A stretch of 37,778 nucleotides of DNA from a virus, in the IMG/VR virus record IMGVR_UViG_3300045988_141999, positions 1 to 37,778 of that record; one strand, given 5' to 3'. The position numbers were made by a program, and so were the translations under genes. Positions 8,724 through 16,714 of the stretch are shown piece after piece. A model generated the notes under the pieces. That model did not search any database, was not told the DNA's origin, and worked only from the letters and a program-made list of their open reading frames with translations. Position 1 is the stretch's first letter. The number at the start of each line of letters is the position of its first letter.

Positions 8724-9218
8724 GTATCTCCTTTCAACGGTTGTCTTACATCTGCCGCCACTTCGGTTCGGCTGGCGGCCCACCCGCCCCACTCTCCCAA
8801 TCGAGGATGTCATCGCGTGAAGCGCTCGGTCCTTGCAAGGGGTCGGGGCGTATTCTCTTCTCAAGGTTCCTTCCGCCCCACCGTCGAGGCCATCCCGAAT
8901 CTCGTCTGGAGACATGTGGTAACGGCGGGATGGCCTTGGTGGAGGGGCGGGTTTGCGAGCGACCCCGCGCGGGCACGGCTGTTGTTCAACGAACATGCTC
9001 GACACAGCAGCTATTTATCCGAGTGGTTCTTACAGCCGTGCCCGTGCGGAGCGCTCTAATGCCGTCTTAACGGATGGCGGCGACCGTTTGGCTAGAAGAA
9101 AAGCCCGTCGATCAAAACCAGGAGCGATAGGAACGCCCATGCGCACAGGCATCCGAAGACGACTCGAAAAAAGAAGGCGAAGGGGTTGGAATCATTTCCC
9201 ATTGCCGGGTTGTCCTTT

Positions 9219-9437
9219 CTAGCGGATGGCGGCGACCGTTCGCTCGTCGGTCAGCCCAAGCAGGTAGTCCGGCGAGCAGTTGAAAATCTTGCTCATTGCA
9301 ATCAGGCTCAAGGAGCCCGGCTGCGTTTCACCGCTCTCCCATTTGCGGACGGAATTGACATGGACTCCGAGCTTTTCAGCTAGTACGTCTTGCGAGATTC
9401 CGATTCGCACGCGCTCGCTCTTGATGTTTTTCGTCAT
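9219..9437 (-). CDS. Cro/XRE-family HTH transcriptional regulator (72 aa)
   Basis: IGISQDVLAEKLGVHVNSVRKWESG is a helix-turn-helix. GGAGG RBS. Divergent from the CI-like gene. Confidence 0.85.
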   Translation of the reverse strand: MTKNIKSERVRIGISQDVLAEKLGVHVNSVRKWESGETQPGSLSLIAMSKIFNCSPDYLLGLTDERTVAAIR

Positions 9438-9555
9438 TCTTAACCTCCAATCACCCTAACAGTTTTCTGTGTTGCGTTATTAACTATAACACTTTTCTGT
9501 TTGTCTGCAACAGAATTTTGTTAGATAATCTAATTACAGTTTGTTAGGAGGAAAC
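9438..9555. promoter_or_regulatory. AT-rich genetic-switch region: divergent overlapping promoters and three operator-like sites
   Basis: Leftward promoter TTGCAG-N16-TATAGT (-35 at 9505-9510, -10 at 9483-9488, minus strand). Rightward promoter TTGTCT-N17-GATAAT (9501-9506 and 9524-9529). Operators AACAGTTTTCTGTGTT (9458-9473), AACACTTTTCTGTTTG (9488-9503), CAACAGAATTTTGTT (9509-9523). Confidence 0.55.
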
Positions 9556-10191
9556 ATGCAGACCAAAGTCAAAGAGATGCGCGAGCGTGCTGGCTTAACC
9601 CAGAAGCAGCTCGCCGATGCGCTGGGGATCACCCAGCAAAGCGTTTATTATTACGAGTCGGGCGATCGCGACATCAAGTCGAGCACTCTCATTGACATGA
9701 GCAGGATTCTCGGGTGCACGGTCACCGAGTTGCTCGGCCTTGGCACCGCCAACATCATCCAATTGCACGCATGCAAGTCATACCATGTGCCGGTTTTCGG
9801 TCGCATCGCAGCTGGCACCCCTCGCGAGGCCCTGTGCCAGTCCGACACCATGCACGACACGCCAGCGTCGATTTACGAGGGCAGAAGGAACGCCTTCTGG
9901 CTTACCGTCTCCGGCAACTCGATGAACCGCCTGTTCCCTGATGGCTCTCTCGTTCTAATCGATCCAGACGAGGAAGTCCGCAACGGCGATGTGGCCGTGG
10001 TCTTCGTCAACGGCGACGACGCCACGCTCAAGCGCATCTACCATGAGGGCGATTCAATCCGCCTGCATCCAGAGTCATACGACCCCGAGTACCGCGACCG
10101 CGTTATCGACGCGACCGACCCCGACGCGCCCGAGGTCCGCGTCATAGGTAAGGCCGTCAGCTACACGGCCCCGGACGGATGGAGGGCATAG
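9556..10191 (+). CDS. CI-like repressor (N-terminal XRE HTH + C-terminal S24 LexA-like peptidase)
   Basis: ATG at 9556 has AGGAGG 5 nt upstream. HTH is LTQKQLADALGITQQSVYYYE. S24 motifs GNSM and K in TLKRI. Confidence 0.9.
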   Translation: MQTKVKEMRERAGLTQKQLADALGITQQSVYYYESGDRDIKSSTLIDMSRILGCTVTELLGLGTANIIQLHACKSYHVPVFGRIAAGTPREALCQSDTMHDTPASIYEGRRNAFWLTVSGNSMNRLFPDGSLVLIDPDEEVRNGDVAVVFVNGDDATLKRIYHEGDSIRLHPESYDPEYRDRVIDATDPDAPEVRVIGKAVSYTAPDGWRA

Positions 10192-11006
10192 TCAGTATGT
10201 TTGGATGGCTATTTGGAGGAAGCTCAAAATCCAAGAAGAAGACGGCAGATGTGGGGAACTCAGTAGGTACACACGCAGTTGATCAGCCCGAGATGCATCC
10301 CATCGTAAAACAAAACCTAGACCCCTATTTATTCGATGGCGAAGAGAGATCGACTGTCTACTGCTATGAGGGAACGCCGCTGAGCGGGACAAGGAAAGGC
10401 GATGAACTTTACCTAGACGTGCTTCCGTACGACGTCCAGATGACAAGCAAAGCCACTGATACTGAAATTGACACTAAAGAATGGGGTGTTCCGGTGGTCG
10501 CGTTCGATGGAAAGCCAATCGGCACCATCCAATCGACTTTCTACTACTTCAAGGAACTCGCCTTTCTCGGTCATCCCGTTAGGATTAAAGCCGAACGAGT
10601 CGGCACGTACGCGCCCGGAATCCCAGAAATAGAAATTTGCACTCCACCGAAAGGTGAGCTGAGAAAATGGTGGAATGCGAGAAGCCTGTTGGGCACAGAT
10701 ATCCCATTCGGCAATGTAGCGCAGGTTAACCTAAACGAGCGCTACGTAGTATCGGATATACCGCAACCCATCGTCACGTCGGGCGTGACGTTTGAATTGG
10801 TGCACGATCCTGAGCATCCAAAGAGAAAGCCATGGGCCGTCATTTATATCGATGGCTGCGAGTTCGCAAGAATTAACGCTAGATGCACCATTTATCCCGT
10901 ACTGAACGATGTTATCAATCAAGAAATAGCACATGCGGCAATAAAGCAAGAGAAAAGCCATTACGACGATGGGTTTTTCTATCAAGTAACAGTAGTGTTG
11001 AAATAG
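10179..11006 (+). CDS. hypothetical 275-aa protein of markedly lower GC (moron between repressor and integrase)
   Basis: GC about 50% versus about 65% in the flanks. No TM segment or recognisable motif. The real start may be the ATG at about 10197 (MFGWLFGG). Confidence 0.75.
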   Translation: MEGIVSMFGWLFGGSSKSKKKTADVGNSVGTHAVDQPEMHPIVKQNLDPYLFDGEERSTVYCYEGTPLSGTRKGDELYLDVLPYDVQMTSKATDTEIDTKEWGVPVVAFDGKPIGTIQSTFYYFKELAFLGHPVRIKAERVGTYAPGIPEIEICTPPKGELRKWWNARSLLGTDIPFGNVAQVNLNERYVVSDIPQPIVTSGVTFELVHDPEHPKRKPWAVIYIDGCEFARINARCTIYPVLNDVINQEIAHAAIKQEKSHYDDGFFYQVTVVLK

Positions 11007-11011
11007 AAGAA

Positions 11012-11057
11012 GTCCCTCCACCCTGCCGCCTCGCAAGCAAGACAGGGTGGAGGGGAC
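11012..11057. other. near-perfect inverted repeat CCCTCCACCCTG - 17 bp - CAGGGTGGAGGG; candidate attP for the serine integrase and/or a terminator
   Basis: 12-14 bp arms flank a 17-bp centre. Lies 5 bp after the moron stop and about 60 bp upstream of the integrase start. Geometry resembles known large-serine-recombinase attP sites. Confidence 0.4.
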
Positions 11058-11120
11058 CAAGGGGATGCGGGGCCGTAGCCGACCGCGCCCATTCCGACCG
11101 CGAAGGGCGGTAATGACATT

Positions 11121-12653
11121 ATGCCACGTAAGCCTAAGAAAACCGAAACCCGAAAAGGCGTCATCTACGCCCGCTTCAGCTCGCACGCGCAGCGCGAGGA
11201 ATCAATCATGGACCAGATTCGCGTGTGCTCCGACTACGCCGAGCGCGAGGGCATAGAGATCGCGGCGACGTACGCCGACGAGGCCCGGAGCGGCACGAAC
11301 GCGGCGGGGCGCCCCGAGTTCCTGCGCATGGTGTCAGACGCCCAGAAATCGGACTGGGATTGCGTCATCGTGTACAAGTCCGACCGCTTCGCCCGAAACC
11401 GCTACGACGCCGCCACGTACAAGGCGAAGCTGCGCAAGGCGGGCGTGGAGCTCCTGAGCGCGACGGAGGGCGTCCCGGACGGCCCCGAGGGCATCATCCT
11501 CGAATCGGTGCTGGAGGGCATGGCCGAGTACTACAGCGCCAACCTCGCGCAGAACGTGCTGCGCGGCATGGAGGGGAACGCCCTCAAGTGCCACCACAAC
11601 GGCGTCCAGGTCTTCGGCTACGATTGCATGCCCGACGGCTCGTACAAGATCAACGAGCACGAGGCGCAGGGCGTCCGCGCGGTCTTCGCGATGCTCGACT
11701 CCGGCTCCACCAAGGCCGCCGCCGCCCGCCACCTCAACAAGGGCGGGTGGAGAAGCAAGCGCGGCGGGGAGTTCGGCGTGCAATCCATCTCGCAGATGCT
11801 CGGGAACGAGAAGTACGTCGGCGTGTACAGCTGGGGCGATGTCCGCGTGGAGGGCGGCATGCCCGCCATAATCGAGCGCGGGACATGGGACAGGGTGCGC
11901 GGCAAGCTGAAGGCGCGCGGCACCAGAAAGGGCGTCAAGAACGAATCGTACCTGCTCTCGGGCAAGATGCGCGACGCGGACGGCAACCTCTACGAGTCGT
12001 GCTGCGGCACCTCGCGCAACGGCAGGCGCCACTACTACTACCGTGTGAAATCCACGGGCGCGTCCATGCGCAAAGAGGACGCCGAGGAGCGCGTGCGCCG
12101 CGCCGTCGCGCGGGTGCTCGATGAGAACCCCGAACTCGACGAGACGATCGTGGACATCGTGATGCAGGCCCAATCTGAATCCGAGTCGGTGGAGCGCGAG
12201 GCCGTTGAGGCCATGAGGAAGCGCCTCCCGCAAATCGACCGCGAGATGGACAACCTCATCGACCTCGCCGCGAAGACGGGCGCCGGGAGGACCATACCCG
12301 AGAAATTGAGGGCGCTCGAACGCGAGCGCGAGGTGCTGGCGCTCCAAATCCAGGACATGGAGTCGCGCGCGCCGCTCATCGAGCCCGACATGGTGCGCTA
12401 CCTGCTCTTCCAGCTCCGCAAGTGCAGCGGCCCCGATTCCGTCGTGCGCGGCTTCGTGGACCGAATCGAGGTCGACGCGGAGGGCGGCATGTTGGTCATC
12501 TTCAACCTCTGCACCCCCTCTGACCTGCGCGAACAGCAAAATGGCGAACCACAAAAAGCATGGTTCGCCAAATTAAGTTTTGGTAGCCCCCCGATCAACT
12601 TGGGCGAACATGCCATCTACCCCACTCCGTGGGGCTTCGCAATCGCCGCATAG
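11121..12653 (+). CDS. large serine recombinase (serine integrase)
   Basis: N-terminal resolvase domain (VIYARFSSHAQ, catalytic Ser). Recombinase domain. Zn-ribbon (CCGTSRNGRRHYYYRV). Coiled-coil C-terminus. 510 aa. Confidence 0.95.
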   Translation: MPRKPKKTETRKGVIYARFSSHAQREESIMDQIRVCSDYAEREGIEIAATYADEARSGTNAAGRPEFLRMVSDAQKSDWDCVIVYKSDRFARNRYDAATYKAKLRKAGVELLSATEGVPDGPEGIILESVLEGMAEYYSANLAQNVLRGMEGNALKCHHNGVQVFGYDCMPDGSYKINEHEAQGVRAVFAMLDSGSTKAAAARHLNKGGWRSKRGGEFGVQSISQMLGNEKYVGVYSWGDVRVEGGMPAIIERGTWDRVRGKLKARGTRKGVKNESYLLSGKMRDADGNLYESCCGTSRNGRRHYYYRVKSTGASMRKEDAEERVRRAVARVLDENPELDETIVDIVMQAQSESESVEREAVEAMRKRLPQIDREMDNLIDLAAKTGAGRTIPEKLRALEREREVLALQIQDMESRAPLIEPDMVRYLLFQLRKCSGPDSVVRGFVDRIEVDAEGGMLVIFNLCTPSDLREQQNGEPQKAWFAKLSFGSPPINLGEHAIYPTPWGFAIAA

Positions 12654-12663
12654 AAACGCGAAA

Positions 12664-12692
12664 AACGCCCCGCCGCATCTCCGCGACGGGGC
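12664..12692 (+). terminator. GC-rich stem-loop after the integrase gene (no U-tract)
   Basis: GCCCCGCCGC atctcc GCGACGGGGC. Confidence 0.3.
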
Positions 12693-12713
12693 ACCGAGAC
12701 CAAGGAGCAACCC

Positions 12714-12875
12714 ATGACCATCCCCGAGATAACCGAGGCCCTTGAGGGCGCAGCCGCCGTCCTTACCGACATGTCCGCAGAGCATCCAGACCCCAGGCTC
12801 GCGCTCGTGATCGCCGCGCTCGGGGCCTGCGCGGAATCGCTCGACCGCTTGTGGGAGCGCGAGGGCGCGAAATAG
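12714..12875 (+). CDS. small hypothetical protein (53 aa; MTIPEITEALEGAAAVLTDMS...)
   Basis: AAGGAG RBS 6 nt upstream of the ATG. High GC3. Below the ORF-track length cut-off. Confidence 0.5.
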   Translation: MTIPEITEALEGAAAVLTDMSAEHPDPRLALVIAALGACAESLDRLWEREGAK

Positions 12876-12914
12876 AAAAAGCCCCCCGCCACCCGAGGGC
12901 GGCGAGAGGCTCGC

Positions 12915-12962
12915 GGTTTAGTCCAATCAAACCGCCAATTTAGTCCAATCCAAGTCCAATCG
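12915..12962. repeat. three direct copies of TAGTCCAATC / GTCCAATC within 48 bp
   Basis: ttTAGTCCAATCaaaccgccaatTTAGTCCAATCcaaGTCCAATCgcc. Sits between convergent gene ends. Confidence 0.5.
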
Positions 12963-12965
12963 CCA

Positions 12966-13000
12966 AACAAAAGCACCCCCTCCCGCGCGATGCGAGAGGG
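12966..13000 (-). terminator. intrinsic terminator after the tail-fibre operon (CCCCCTC ... GAGGGGG hairpin + TGCTTTTGTTT)
   Basis: Stem-loop followed by a U-rich run, read on the minus strand. Confidence 0.5.
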
Positions 13001-13009
13001 GGATATGCG

Positions 13010-13363
13010 TCAAAGGACGCGGACGATGGACGGGTGTATGACGCCCTCGCCCTGCGGGAGCGAGAAGCCGAGCTTGCCCGGCTCGGGCAGGGCGAGCGTG
13101 AGGCTCGTCGCTCGCCTGGCGTACGTGTCGACCCCAATCTTTTTTGAGTAATATTCGTTCAGGTAAGACCCAGCCACCTGGACGGTCGAGATGATGAAGC
13201 CGGTGTTGTCGCCCATGTCGACGCGATACGCCCCCGGCTCGAGGTCGAGCACCGCGAAGGTGCCCAAGTAGTCGTTCGCCACGGAGTAGCGGACGCCGCC
13301 CTCGCCGACCTCGACCACGTCGGAATCAGCGGCCTTGTGGACCGTCACCGGAGCGCGGCCCAC
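13010..13363 (-). CDS. tail-fibre C-terminal module, out of frame with the upstream fibre gene (GTG start, no RBS)
   Basis: Third paralogous copy of the GGYRVxGT / EGGVRYSVA domain seen twice in the 13326..15725 gene. Becomes in-frame if the G7 tract at 13377-13383 were G9. Confidence 0.6.
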   Translation of the reverse strand: MGRAPVTVHKAADSDVVEVGEGGVRYSVANDYLGTFAVLDLEPGAYRVDMGDNTGFIISTVQVAGSYLNEYYSKKIGVDTYARRATSLTLALPEPGKLGFSLPQGEGVIHPSIVRVL

Positions 13364-15725
13364 GAGGTTGGCGATACCCCCCCGCGTCCCCGATGCGGAT
13401 GAGCGACGGCCTGGCGATGGCGTCCACGGTCTTGCCCGCGTCCACCTTGACGTACAGGTGGTACTCGCCGCCGACCGCCTCGAAGCGCTGCGGGGCGCCG
13501 TCCATCACGGTCACCATCTGGCCGCTGCGGTAGACCTGCGCGATGACGTCGGGCGAGGTGGAGGACAGAGACGCGAGGTAAGACGCGCCCGCCTCCAGGT
13601 TCGCCTTCACCCAGATGTTGGCGTTGGCCGTCGCGGTGCCGTGGACGCGGTAGCCGCCCTCGGCGGGCTCGATGGCGATGCCGCTCACGGTCTGAACGGC
13701 GTACTCAGGCCAGAGTTCGGGGATACCCCCCCCCACGACATACGGGACGTAGTACGGCGCTGGCTTGTCGCCCTTCACGAGCATCGGGTACGCGGTCGCG
13801 TCCACAGGCTTGAGCTGCGATTCATCGGGGGTCGAGATGCCGCATCTCATACGGTGCGCCCCCTTCGGCACGGCTACCCTCGCGCCTGTTCCATAGTTGG
13901 CGGAGAGCACCCTGCCGCTTTCGTCGTCGAAGCTGACGTAGAAACCGACCCCGTCCTTCGAGTCGCCAGCGATGCCAGATAGGCTCAGGCAGACGTAATC
14001 GCCCTCAACCAGGTCGAGGTCGGTCATGAGCTTTACTGTCGCTATCGCCTCCTGCCATGGCCTGGTCGGCGTGCCGACAATGCGGTACCCGCCGTCATCG
14101 AGCCGCGAGACCTCGAGGCCGCCCGGCACGGACAGCGCGCCGCCGTGGTCCAGCCACAGGTTCTCAGTTACGAGCGACCCCCCCCCGCACAGGGGAATGA
14201 GCAGCTGGGTGAAGTCCGTGGGCTTGATGGTGATGGTCTGCCCCGCCTTCGTCTTAGGGGCGAGGACCTTGAGCGTGATCGTGCCGTCCAGTTCGTAGTC
14301 CACGTTGATGTAATACCATCCCTCGCCGTGGAGCTGGGCGAGCCTGACGGACCTCTGGGCCTTCGCGAGTGGAAGCCCCGTTCCAAGCACGGCGAAAGGC
14401 AGCTCGGTCGCGGTCTCTATCTGCGGGACGGGCACGGTGACGGCGGTCAGCGGGGTGACGATGACCGCCAGCGGGGTGACGATGTATCCGACGCTGCCCT
14501 GCACGCCTTCCGGCGGGATGCTCTGGCGCACGTTGGTCGCGGTGAGCATACCGCGCAGCCCGCCCAAATCGACCGCCGTGGTCCCGTCCTCCGCGACGCT
14601 GATGCCAGCGCCGGGCTTGGGCGTCTTGCCGTCCTTGCCGTTGCTGAGCTGCGCGGTGGTGGTGCCGCTGCCATCTACGACGGTCAGCTTCGCGCCCGTG
14701 GGGGTCTGCTCCACCTTGGCGGACGGGGACACGCCGTCGTCACCGCGGTCGCCCTTGGGGCCTGTGAGGTCGTGGAAGGCGAAGCGCAGCGACTTTGACT
14801 GGCCCTCGCCCTCCACCGTCACATCGACGCGGGGCGTGCCGTTACCGCCGTCGATTGTCGCGGTCGCTCCCGTGAAGCTGTCACCCTTCGGTCCGGTCGG
14901 TCCCTCGGGGCCTTGCGGTCCCTCCGGTCCTCGGATGCCCGCCATGCCGGACAGGTCGGCGATGTAGACGTAGGCGGAGTCTCCCTTGCACCAGAGCGAG
15001 GCGTTGTCGGGGTCTTCGACGTCCCCCGTGTCGATGATGACGAACGCGCCGTTCGGCAGGCCGTCCTCGGCGAAGCCCGCCTGCATGGCCTCCACGCTCT
15101 CATAGGTCTTGGACACCTTGAAGGCCTCGCCGGGGTCTCCCTTCGGCCCTTGGATGCCCTGGATGCCCTGCTCGCCCTGCGGCCCCTCCACGCCCTGGAT
15201 GCCCTGCGGGCCGCGCGGGATGCCGAGCGAGAGGGTCGCCCCGCGCTCGTCCTCGATGATGGACGCGGTGGCCTCGCCCTCCACGGTGGAGGCGTCCACG
15301 GCGATGATGCGCGCGCGGTAAGCCTCGCGCGTGGCGATGCGCACCTCCTCCATCAGCTTGGCCCACAGGTCGGGCTGCTCGGGCGCGGGGTCGGTACCGC
15401 CCATCTCGCCCGACTCCACGACGGTGAGGGGCTTCGCCTCCTTGGCGGTGACGATGCGGGCGGACCCGCCGACGTAGCCGATGAGGCACATGCGGATGGC
15501 ACCGGTGCGCTCCATGAGCGAGGACGGCAGGTTGAAGCCGCCGCCCTCCACCAGGATGCGCACGGACTCTCCCGCGCCCGCCAGGACCGCCTGGATGCGG
15601 TCGCACTCCCGCCACTCGGCGTCGAGGTCGAGCGCGATGTAGTCGGAGAGCAAGCCGTGCTGCACGACCTCGCGCACGTCCCACGCGATCTTGCGCCCGC
15701 GCACCTGCGCCGTATGCGTCACCAT
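13326..15725 (-). CDS. tail fibre protein with collagen-like Gly-X-Y segments and tandem C-terminal modules
   Basis: Three Gly-X-Y runs ([29 protein letters not shown]; [20 protein letters not shown]; [10 protein letters not shown]). The last 16 aa ([16 protein letters not shown]) after the G7 tract look like out-of-frame read-through. Confidence 0.85.
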   Translation of the reverse strand: MVTHTAQVRGRKIAWDVREVVQHGLLSDYIALDLDAEWRECDRIQAVLAGAGESVRILVEGGGFNLPSSLMERTGAIRMCLIGYVGGSARIVTAKEAKPLTVVESGEMGGTDPAPEQPDLWAKLMEEVRIATREAYRARIIAVDASTVEGEATASIIEDERGATLSLGIPRGPQGIQGVEGPQGEQGIQGIQGPKGDPGEAFKVSKTYESVEAMQAGFAEDGLPNGAFVIIDTGDVEDPDNASLWCKGDSAYVYIADLSGMAGIRGPEGPQGPEGPTGPKGDSFTGATATIDGGNGTPRVDVTVEGEGQSKSLRFAFHDLTGPKGDRGDDGVSPSAKVEQTPTGAKLTVVDGSGTTTAQLSNGKDGKTPKPGAGISVAEDGTTAVDLGGLRGMLTATNVRQSIPPEGVQGSVGYIVTPLAVIVTPLTAVTVPVPQIETATELPFAVLGTGLPLAKAQRSVRLAQLHGEGWYYINVDYELDGTITLKVLAPKTKAGQTITIKPTDFTQLLIPLCGGGSLVTENLWLDHGGALSVPGGLEVSRLDDGGYRIVGTPTRPWQEAIATVKLMTDLDLVEGDYVCLSLSGIAGDSKDGVGFYVSFDDESGRVLSANYGTGARVAVPKGAHRMRCGISTPDESQLKPVDATAYPMLVKGDKPAPYYVPYVVGGGIPELWPEYAVQTVSGIAIEPAEGGYRVHGTATANANIWVKANLEAGASYLASLSSTSPDVIAQVYRSGQMVTVMDGAPQRFEAVGGEYHLYVKVDAGKTVDAIARPSLIRIGDAGGYRQPRGPRSGDGPQGR
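13377..13383 (-). repeat. poly-G tract G7 (encodes Gly-Gly) at the junction of the fibre gene and the downstream module
   Basis: C7 on the plus strand. A +2 or -1 change restores one ORF of about 907 aa. Confidence 0.8.
13726..13734 (-). repeat. poly-G tract G9 encoding GGG at a module boundary ([11 protein letters not shown])
   Basis: C9 on the plus strand inside the fibre ORF. Confidence 0.8.
14178..14186 (-). repeat. poly-G tract G9 encoding GGG at a module boundary ([14 protein letters not shown])
   Basis: C9 on the plus strand inside the fibre ORF. Confidence 0.8.
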
Positions 15726-15805
15726 CTCGGGTCACCGCCCCTCACGATTATGTAGCCCAGCAGCGCGACGGCGCACAGCGAGCAGATGATTATGACGCCG
15801 CCCAT
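15719..15805 (-). CDS. 28-aa hydrophobic peptide ([28 protein letters not shown]) between endolysin and tail fibre
   Basis: Its ATG overlaps the endolysin stop (ATGA) and its stop overlaps the fibre ATG. One predicted TM helix. Confidence 0.3.
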   Translation of the reverse strand: MGGVIIICSLCAVALLGYIIVRGGDPRW

Positions 15806-16713
15806 CAGAAGCGGCCCTCGTTGAGCGCGCGCTGCATGGCCTTGACGGTCGGGGAGCCCGCGTCGAGCTTGCCGTCCTCCACCTTCGCGCCGCTCTCGGC
15901 CTTGAAGTGGCGGATCATGGCGTTGATGGTGTCGGGGCCGATGAAGCCGTCTGCGGGGACGCCGCAGGCGCGCTGGATCGCGCCGATGGTCTGCGAGCCC
16001 GGCTGCTCGCCCCAGGGAGCTGAGAACTCCCAGCCGCCCGTGCAGGCCTTGAGGCGGTGCTTGTGCTGCGGGTTCTGGCGGGAGATTTTGCCGTCCTTGA
16101 ACGGGCAGCACAGCACCTCCTGGATGCGGCGCGTGGTGGCCTCGCCCCAGTAGCCGTCCACGGCCAGGCCCTGCGGCTTGGGCGCGGGCTGCGGGGCTGG
16201 GGCGGAGCCGAGCTTCGCGTTCACGGCGGTCGCCAGCTCCGCCATGCGGCGCTTGAGGTACGGCCCGGGGCAGGCGGTGGCGGCGAACATGTAGTGGCAT
16301 GTCAGGTTGCCGTTGGCGTCCCCCGTCCAGACGAGGCGCGGGATGCCGTTGCGGCGGCAGATGTCGGCGCACAGCTCCACCAGGGAGTTCCAGGACGCGT
16401 CGGAGACGTGCCAGTCTGGCGCGCCGCCGTCGTTGGAGACCTCGATGGTCACGGCGCGGTTGTCGTTGCGGGCGTTCGAGGACGCCCAGGAGCGGTCGCC
16501 CTCGTCCACGTACAGGCCCACGCGCCCGTCGATGCCGATGCCGTAGTTGGAGGACGCCTTGCGCGACTTCGGCGCGAAGACGGCCCCGCAGCGCTCCACC
16601 GTGCCGCCCACCATCGCCATGTGGTGGACGGTGATCTTGTCGATGCGGTGGTTGCGCGGGTGGTTCTTGTTGGGGCTGATGCGTGTGAAGGACACGAGCG
16701 GTGAGTTCGACAT
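15805..16713 (-). CDS. endolysin: N-acetylmuramoyl-L-alanine amidase (Amidase_2/PGRP) with C-terminal peptidoglycan-binding repeats
   Basis: ITVHHMAM ... YGIGIDG ... zinc-ligand pattern of Amidase_2. C-terminal GYWG..TTRRIQ / DGFIGPDTINAM / PTVKAMQRAL repeats (PG_binding_1-like). Confidence 0.9.
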   Translation of the reverse strand: MSNSPLVSFTRISPNKNHPRNHRIDKITVHHMAMVGGTVERCGAVFAPKSRKASSNYGIGIDGRVGLYVDEGDRSWASSNARNDNRAVTIEVSNDGGAPDWHVSDASWNSLVELCADICRRNGIPRLVWTGDANGNLTCHYMFAATACPGPYLKRRMAELATAVNAKLGSAPAPQPAPKPQGLAVDGYWGEATTRRIQEVLCCPFKDGKISRQNPQHKHRLKACTGGWEFSAPWGEQPGSQTIGAIQRACGVPADGFIGPDTINAMIRHFKAESGAKVEDGKLDAGSPTVKAMQRALNEGRF

Positions 16714-16714
16714 G

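Noticed and set aside
6669-9059. 796-aa plus-strand ORF
   Set aside because: It is antisense to several well-supported minus-strand genes. Its composition is Arg/Ala/Gly/Leu-rich and repetitive, as expected for a GC-rich antisense frame. It has no RBS.
8724-9218. tRNA or tmRNA in the gene-free structured region
   Set aside because: No cloverleaf with a GTTCRANYC T-arm and no CCA-adjacent acceptor pairing could be found by eye. The stems there are long hairpins instead.
8746-9222. ORFs 8746..8976 (-), 8741..9070 (+) and 8953..9222 (+)
   Set aside because: Their translations are Arg/Pro-rich and low-complexity with no RBS. The region reads better as structured non-coding DNA.
11334-12554. 406-aa minus-strand ORF and the 11225..12124 plus-strand ORF overlapping the integrase
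   Set aside because: They are alternative frames or the antisense strand of the serine integrase gene. They are Arg/Gly/Ala-rich with no domain signal.
13326-15725. Possibility of a diversity-generating retroelement or CRISPR array, given the repeats in the fibre gene
   Set aside because: No reverse transcriptase gene is present. There is no nucleotide-identical template/variable repeat pair. There are no regularly spaced identical repeats anywhere in the window. The fibre repeats are protein-level paralogous modules and collagen triplets.
13335-15755. Several long plus-strand ORFs (13335..13982, 14145..14798, 14913..15755) and the Arg-rich minus ORFs 15100..15735 and 15719..16372
   Set aside because: They overlap the tail fibre, the collagen-like repeats and the endolysin in other frames. 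They are high-GC frame artefacts rich in Arg/Pro/Gly.
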